Shown here one piece after another: positions 8,624 to 12,529 of a stretch of DNA of 12,529 nucleotides. The stretch covers positions 1 through 12,529 of the forward strand of contig JAEOSI010000042.1 of NCBI GenBank assembly GCA_016840425.1, read 5' to 3'. The position numbers were made by a program, and so were the translations under genes. The notes under the pieces are model-generated. The model worked only from the letters and a program-made list of their open reading frames with translations, made no database searches and was not told the origin of the DNA. Position 1 is the stretch's first letter, and each line of letters begins with the position of its first letter. This stretch comes from Candidatus Wukongarchaeum yapensis (GTDB taxonomy: Archaea; Asgardarchaeota; Wukongarchaeia; Wukongarchaeales; Wukongarchaeaceae).

Positions 8624-9370
8624 TCATGGGCTTGTTGGGAGACCTTCAGAACTTAAAGTTATCACCATATCGCGCATAGCAAGATGATGTAAAAGTTCTA
8701 CCATAGTTTTTTTATCTATAGAAAAAGCTTCTGAGATCTCATGTAACGTGTGGGATTTTTTGTTCAAAGTTTTCATCATCTCATCTATTGTAGAAAGCGG
8801 TATGTTCAGGCGAGAGAGGGACATGTGAAAGCTCTTAGATTTTGAGTAAAATCTTTCATAAGCGTTTAAACCCTCATCAGTTACCGTGTACTTGTAAAGA
8901 TTTTGACTAGTAATCATTGTTCTTATCGCTGGAGATGGAACTTTTCTATATAATATAGGTTCAAGCCACTTAAAAACAGTTTCTCTTGCAGGATGAAAAG
9001 AAGTTAAGTCGCCTAATTCTTCACTTTCATCCATTTTTTCGATATAGTCGTAAAAAAGAGTTTCAAACTCCTCAACCAATGAAGCTAAAGCTTTCCTAAT
9101 CTGAACAACCTGAGAAAACTCTAGCGGTTTAGCTTTACATATCACTATAACCTGTAAACGATCAAAACGCTCCGCAATAACGTTTTTATCCTGAACATCT
9201 AATAACCGTAAGGGCTCAGAAGACGTCAAAGCTTCTTCCAAAAAAGCCTCAGCCGCACTAAGCAAACGACTAATAGTCCCCGGATCACTTTTCTCCTTAC
9301 CAAAAGTATAATGAAAAACCTTAAGACCATCATCACGAACAATGAAAAGCTCTTCCAAGATGTTTTCCAT
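8624..9370 (-). CDS. Longin-like domain protein with a C-terminal winged helix-turn-helix, about 248 aa
   Basis: Residues 1-140 follow the longin pattern: ELFIVRDDGLKVFHYTF, helix ISRLLSAAEAFLEEAL, three strands, helix IRKALASLVEEFETLF, then GDLTSF. The C-terminus TLHEISEAFSIDKKTMVELLHHLAMRDMV is wHTH-like. Start placed at ATG 9370; the ORF track's upstream extension looks non-coding. Fold assigned by eye. Confidence 0.65.
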   Translation of the reverse strand: MENILEELFIVRDDGLKVFHYTFGKEKSDPGTISRLLSAAEAFLEEALTSSEPLRLLDVQDKNVIAERFDRLQVIVICKAKPLEFSQVVQIRKALASLVEEFETLFYDYIEKMDESEELGDLTSFHPARETVFKWLEPILYRKVPSPAIRTMITSQNLYKYTVTDEGLNAYERFYSKSKSFHMSLSRLNIPLSTIDEMMKTLNKKSHTLHEISEAFSIDKKTMVELLHHLAMRDMVITLSSEGLPTSP

Positions 9371-9513
9371 ACTTTCGCTCAAAAACCGCCTCTCCAAACG
9401 CCTTAGAATCACATAAACCCTTAAATAATAACAACTATTTTTTAAAACCCTTAGGAAAAACAATTACTATAAATAATAATAAAATTAAAGATTTATAAAA
9501 CATTGTAGATCTT

Positions 9514-10143
9514 TTACCCTTCTCCTCCTTCATTTGAGATCTTCTGGTCAGGAGAAACCGCTACCACCACTTGAGCAGGTTTCAACACCTTAGAATAAAG
9601 CATATAACCTCTATTAACCTCCTCAACTATGGTGTTCTCAGGGATTTCAGAGGTAAAAACACGAGAAACCGCTTCATGCCTCAACAAATCAAAAGTCGCT
9701 TCAAAAGTCTCAATCCTTGAAACCCCTTCACTCTTTAAAAAACCCCAAAGTTTATCAAGAACCATCCGCATGCCCTTAACAACATTCTCAGAATCCTTTT
9801 GATCACTACTTGCTTCCACTATACGTTCAAAATCTTCAAAAATCTCGATTAAACCCAAAATAAGCCTTTCTTTTAACTGAACTGAGAGACTTTCCTGCTC
9901 CTTCTGAACCCTTTTTAAAAGATTTTCATAATCTGCTTGAGCCCTCTGCCAATTTTTAAGATATTTTTCAGCGAGCTTTGACTTCTCCTCCACCAAAACT
10001 TCAAGTTCTGAAATCCTCCCATCTTTTTCAAGAAGAATCTCTTCTAATCCCTCCTTCTCCATGACCTCTTTTCCTAATTCCTTTTTCTGTTTCTCCTCTT
10101 CAAGAGGTACCTCTTTTTCCGTTTCATTCGTTTCACCAGACAT
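9514..10143 (-). CDS. grpE: GrpE nucleotide exchange factor, 209 aa
   Basis: Acidic N-terminus, long coiled coil, RAQADYENLLKR, KGMRMV, FD...HEAV, GYML..KVLKPAQVVV. Strong GGAGGT RBS at 10155-10150, 6 nt before ATG 10143. Confidence 0.92.
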   Translation of the reverse strand: MSGETNETEKEVPLEEEKQKKELGKEVMEKEGLEEILLEKDGRISELEVLVEEKSKLAEKYLKNWQRAQADYENLLKRVQKEQESLSVQLKERLILGLIEIFEDFERIVEASSDQKDSENVVKGMRMVLDKLWGFLKSEGVSRIETFEATFDLLRHEAVSRVFTSEIPENTIVEEVNRGYMLYSKVLKPAQVVVAVSPDQKISNEGGEG

Positions 10144-10268
10144 GGAGAAACCTCCTAAAACCAAAATAAAATATACCAACAAAGGGTTAAAAGAAGTTTT
10201 TATTTATTATCTTTTTCCAACTCTCTCCGCCATTTCTTTTACAAACATACTAAAACAGCGGGTCACTA

Positions 10269-10811
10269 TTACCCTTGTCCCTTTTCAGCTTCTTCCACCA
10301 TTTCTTTTGCAAGCATAGTAAAACATTTGGTCACAAGTTCCCCTGTTTTAGCAGAAGTCTCAAAAAAAGGGATACCAAGCTTCTTCGCAAGACCTTCTCC
10401 TTCCTTAGTAGTTACTTCCCGTTGATCCTCCAAATCAATCTTATTCCCCACAAGAAGTAACGGAATCCTTTCACAATGCTTTTTAATCTCCTCAAGCCAA
10501 TTACCCACATTTTCAAAACTTTTCTTATTAGTCACATCATAGACTATAATACTGCCACGGGCACCCCGAAAATACATTGGACGAATATGACTAAACCGTT
10601 CTTGCCCTGCAGTATCCCAAACGCTTAATTTGACCTTTTTACCGTCTGCTTCGACAATTTTAACAGCGAAGTCAACTCCAATTGTCATCCGGTAAGACTC
10701 GCTAAAAGTGCCTGTAGCCCACCTCATAGTGACCGCAGTTTTCCCTGTGGCGGCATCTCCCACAACAATTACCTTGAAAAGGAAAGCTACGTCATTCTTT
10801 GTTTTACTCAT
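10269..10811 (-). CDS. Rab-like small GTPase (Ras superfamily), 180 aa
   Basis: G1 GDAATGKT, G2 Thr in YRMTIGVDF, G3 WDTAGQE, G4 GNKID, G5 ETSAK; GAGGAG RBS. No C-terminal cysteine prenylation motif. Confidence 0.95.
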   Translation of the reverse strand: MSKTKNDVAFLFKVIVVGDAATGKTAVTMRWATGTFSESYRMTIGVDFAVKIVEADGKKVKLSVWDTAGQERFSHIRPMYFRGARGSIIVYDVTNKKSFENVGNWLEEIKKHCERIPLLLVGNKIDLEDQREVTTKEGEGLAKKLGIPFFETSAKTGELVTKCFTMLAKEMVEEAEKGQG

Positions 10812-11002
10812 TTCTTTTGCTCCTCTTTTAGTATTGTGGATATAACGACTTTGCTAAAATATGTTATGTTTTTTTTGTTTCTTCCTCCTTTTTTGTTTTT
10901 TGGTTTTAATATCAAAATCGCTAAATCTTGTTTTTGAAGGCTTTGATGCGTAAAAACTTTTTTAGTGTGTATTAAGTCTTTTTTGAGATTTTAGTGGGGG
11001 GT

Positions 11003-11018
11003 GTAAAAACTTTTTATT
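11003..11018 (+). promoter_or_regulatory. BRE/TATA-like element in the divergent Rab/HEAT intergenic region
   Basis: GTAAAAACTTTTTATT, about 90 nt upstream of the HEAT ATG. A second GTAAAAACTTTTT lies at 10950-10962. Confidence 0.4.
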
Positions 11019-11105
11019 AGGTGCAAAGTAGTGGTAATTGGATCAAAGTGGTCTCTATAATCCTTCATGTTATGTGTAATCTGTTGTCAAGAGGGATGTG
11101 TGAAT

Positions 11106-12122
11106 ATGGGAACATCCAATAATTCACTTAAGAGAAAAAAAGATGCCTTGAAGAAAGTTGAAATTCTTATTAAGGATTTAAAACATGAAAATCCCAATCG
11201 TCGGGAGAGGGCGGCGAAGATTCTTAGTGAGATAGGGGATGCGAGGGCTGTTGAGCCTCTTAAAGAAACACTAAAAGATAAAGATTCAAATGTTCGAAAG
11301 AATGTGATTTGGGCACTTGCTATGATAGGGGGTCCAAATGTCGTAGAACCGCTAATACAAATGTTAAAAGATGAAAATAGAAGTGTTCGAGCGAGGGCAG
11401 TAACTGCTCTTGGTAAGATTGGGGATTCGAGGGCAGTAGAACCATTAATACAAACTTTAAAGTATGAAGATAGTGTTTTTCGAGGGGAAGTAGCAATTGC
11501 TCTTAGTAAGATGGGGGACTCAAAGGCTATTGAACCCCTCGTTAAAATACTCAAGGACGAAAGAAGTGATGTACGACTTGTGGTAGCAGAATCTCTTCAA
11601 AATCTAGGGGGTGAACCAGAAAACGATACGGATAAAGCTTATTACTTTATTGCATTGAAAAATTGGAGTGAATTGGTTAGATTAGGAGAAGCGGCTGTTG
11701 AACCTCTTATCTGGGCTTTAAAAGATGCAGATTTTAGTGTTCAATGGGAAACAGTAGATGTTCTTGGGGAGATAGGGGATGAGAGAGCTGTTGAACCTCT
11801 TATTCAGTTATTAAAAGGGGAACTTGATGTAAGAGAGGGTTCAATAAAGGAACGTCCAGACTTTTGGGAACCAGATTTTGAATTTCAAGAAAGGATAGCT
11901 GAAGCTATAGGGAAAATAGGCGGTAAAAAGGCGGTAGAATTACTTATTCAGGAATTGGAGGATAGTTCTAGTTATGTTAAAGAGTGGGTAGCTATGAGTC
12001 TTGGAGAGATTAGAGATTCGAGAGCTATTGAACCTCTAATACAGGCTCTAAAAGACGAAGATGAGGAGGTTCGTATAGCTGCGAAAAAAGCTTTAGAGAA
12101 GATCAAGGGGAAGAAAAGCTAA
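11106..12122 (+). CDS. HEAT repeat protein (PBS lyase HEAT-like / HEAT_2), about 338 aa, 9 repeats
   Basis: Nine units of about 31 aa with consensus AVEPLIxxLKDxxxxVRxxAxxALGxIGD. Start placed at ATG 11106 (GAGGG at 11091-11095); the extension from 11067 (MLCVICC) is unlikely to be translated. Confidence 0.92.
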   Translation: MGTSNNSLKRKKDALKKVEILIKDLKHENPNRRERAAKILSEIGDARAVEPLKETLKDKDSNVRKNVIWALAMIGGPNVVEPLIQMLKDENRSVRARAVTALGKIGDSRAVEPLIQTLKYEDSVFRGEVAIALSKMGDSKAIEPLVKILKDERSDVRLVVAESLQNLGGEPENDTDKAYYFIALKNWSELVRLGEAAVEPLIWALKDADFSVQWETVDVLGEIGDERAVEPLIQLLKGELDVREGSIKERPDFWEPDFEFQERIAEAIGKIGGKKAVELLIQELEDSSSYVKEWVAMSLGEIRDSRAIEPLIQALKDEDEEVRIAAKKALEKIKGKKS

Positions 12123-12165
12123 ATACTAGTTAATAAACTTTCTTAAAAGATAAGAGAGGATATAT

Positions 12166-12179
12166 CTTTTTTTAAAAAA
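12166..12179 (+). terminator. Oligo(T) terminator candidate after the HEAT gene
   Basis: C-T7-A6 about 45 nt after the stop codon, the same C-T7/8-A6 pattern as at 6664-6678. Confidence 0.45.
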
Positions 12180-12233
12180 TTAGTTTACTTTCCACACCAA
12201 TATGCACTCCATAGATCCCAAAAAAGCCTTACA

Positions 12234-12298
12234 ACTTTCTATACCGATAGATACGCGGCAAACCAGTTTACTTTCTATACCGATAGATGCACGGCAAA
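12234..12298. repeat. Two 29-bp direct repeats at 36-bp period, each with a TCTAT-N4-ATAGA palindrome
   Basis: ACTTTCTATACCGATAGATACGCGGCAAA (12234-12262) and ACTTTCTATACCGATAGATGCACGGCAAA (12270-12298), 27/29 identical. A degenerate third copy starts at about 12182. Confidence 0.85.
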
Positions 12299-12412
12299 AA
12301 TCGTCCCTAATCTACCTAAAAACATTTAACTTATTATAAAAAAAGAGTTAAAAGTGTTTTAAATTTTAAAAGTCTTTTTTACTAAACTTTTTGTGTGAAG
12401 GTTGAAAGGATT

Positions 12413-12529
12413 ATGTTTGCAAAGGATGATTCTTTGACAAAGGTTGTTGAACTACTTAGGGAACTTGAGAATAAAGCTAATCTATATGTAGCTTTCTTGG
12501 TGACTGTAGAGGGTTTAAGAATAGCTACC
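12413..12529 (+). CDS. Probable roadblock/LC7 (MglB-like) domain protein, N-terminal 39 aa, truncated by the window edge
   Basis: Not in the ORF track. MFAKDDSLTKVVELLRELENKANLYVAFLVTVEGLRIAT matches the roadblock start: an amphipathic helix, then a strand and the (D/E)G turn. The frame is open to the end of the window. Confidence 0.6.
   Translation, partial: MFAKDDSLTKVVELLRELENKANLYVAFLVTVEGLRIAT

Noticed and set aside
10144-10268. CIRCE or similar heat-shock operator upstream of grpE
   Set aside because: No TTAGCACTC-N9-GAGTGCTAA or comparable clear inverted repeat was seen; only AT-rich TATA-like sequence.
7163-11554. ORFs 7163..7348 (+), 10061..10318 (+), 10275..10460 (+) and 11087..11554 (-)
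   Set aside because: Antisense to the well-supported MPE, grpE, Rab-like and HEAT genes. The periodicity of 11087..11554 just mirrors the HEAT repeats.
11106-12122. HEAT protein as a vesicle-coat/adaptin homologue or deoxyhypusine hydroxylase
   Set aside because: The repeats are the common prokaryotic PBS-lyase HEAT type. No beta-propeller or appendage domain and no His-Glu metal-binding motifs are present.
12182-12298. Mini CRISPR array
   Set aside because: The 29-bp repeats are separated by only 7 bp, far below spacer length; there are only two good copies and no cas genes.
1-12529. Selenocysteine or pyrrolysine recoding, tRNA/rRNA genes, transposases
   Set aside because: All recognised proteins are complete without readthrough. 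Intergenic gaps are short with no cloverleaf-like sequence, and no transposase or integrase motifs were seen.

Overview
AT-rich archaeal genomic window, most likely from an Asgard archaeon (inferred from a Rab-like GTPase, a longin-domain protein and a probable roadblock protein, together with archaeal-type PFOR, Lhr, TATA/BRE and GGTGA/GGAGG ribosome-binding sites). In order: the 5' end of an unknown minus-strand gene; a TPR protein (+); a pyruvate/2-oxoacid:ferredoxin oxidoreductase gamma-alpha-beta cluster (-) with no delta subunit; an Lhr helicase (+) converging on its metallophosphoesterase partner (-); a co-oriented minus-strand run of Rab-like GTPase, GrpE (no dnaK or dnaJ nearby), longin + winged-helix protein and a divergent SAM-methyltransferase-fold protein; a 9-repeat HEAT protein (+); a 36-bp-period palindromic repeat; and the start of a probable roadblock/LC7 gene (+). 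The best candidate for an undescribed system is the Rab / GrpE / longin-wHTH / roadblock neighbourhood, which could be a small-GTPase switch with its regulators. That is inference, and the intergenic gaps leave room for separate promoters. No rRNA, tRNA, CRISPR array or mobile element was recognised.
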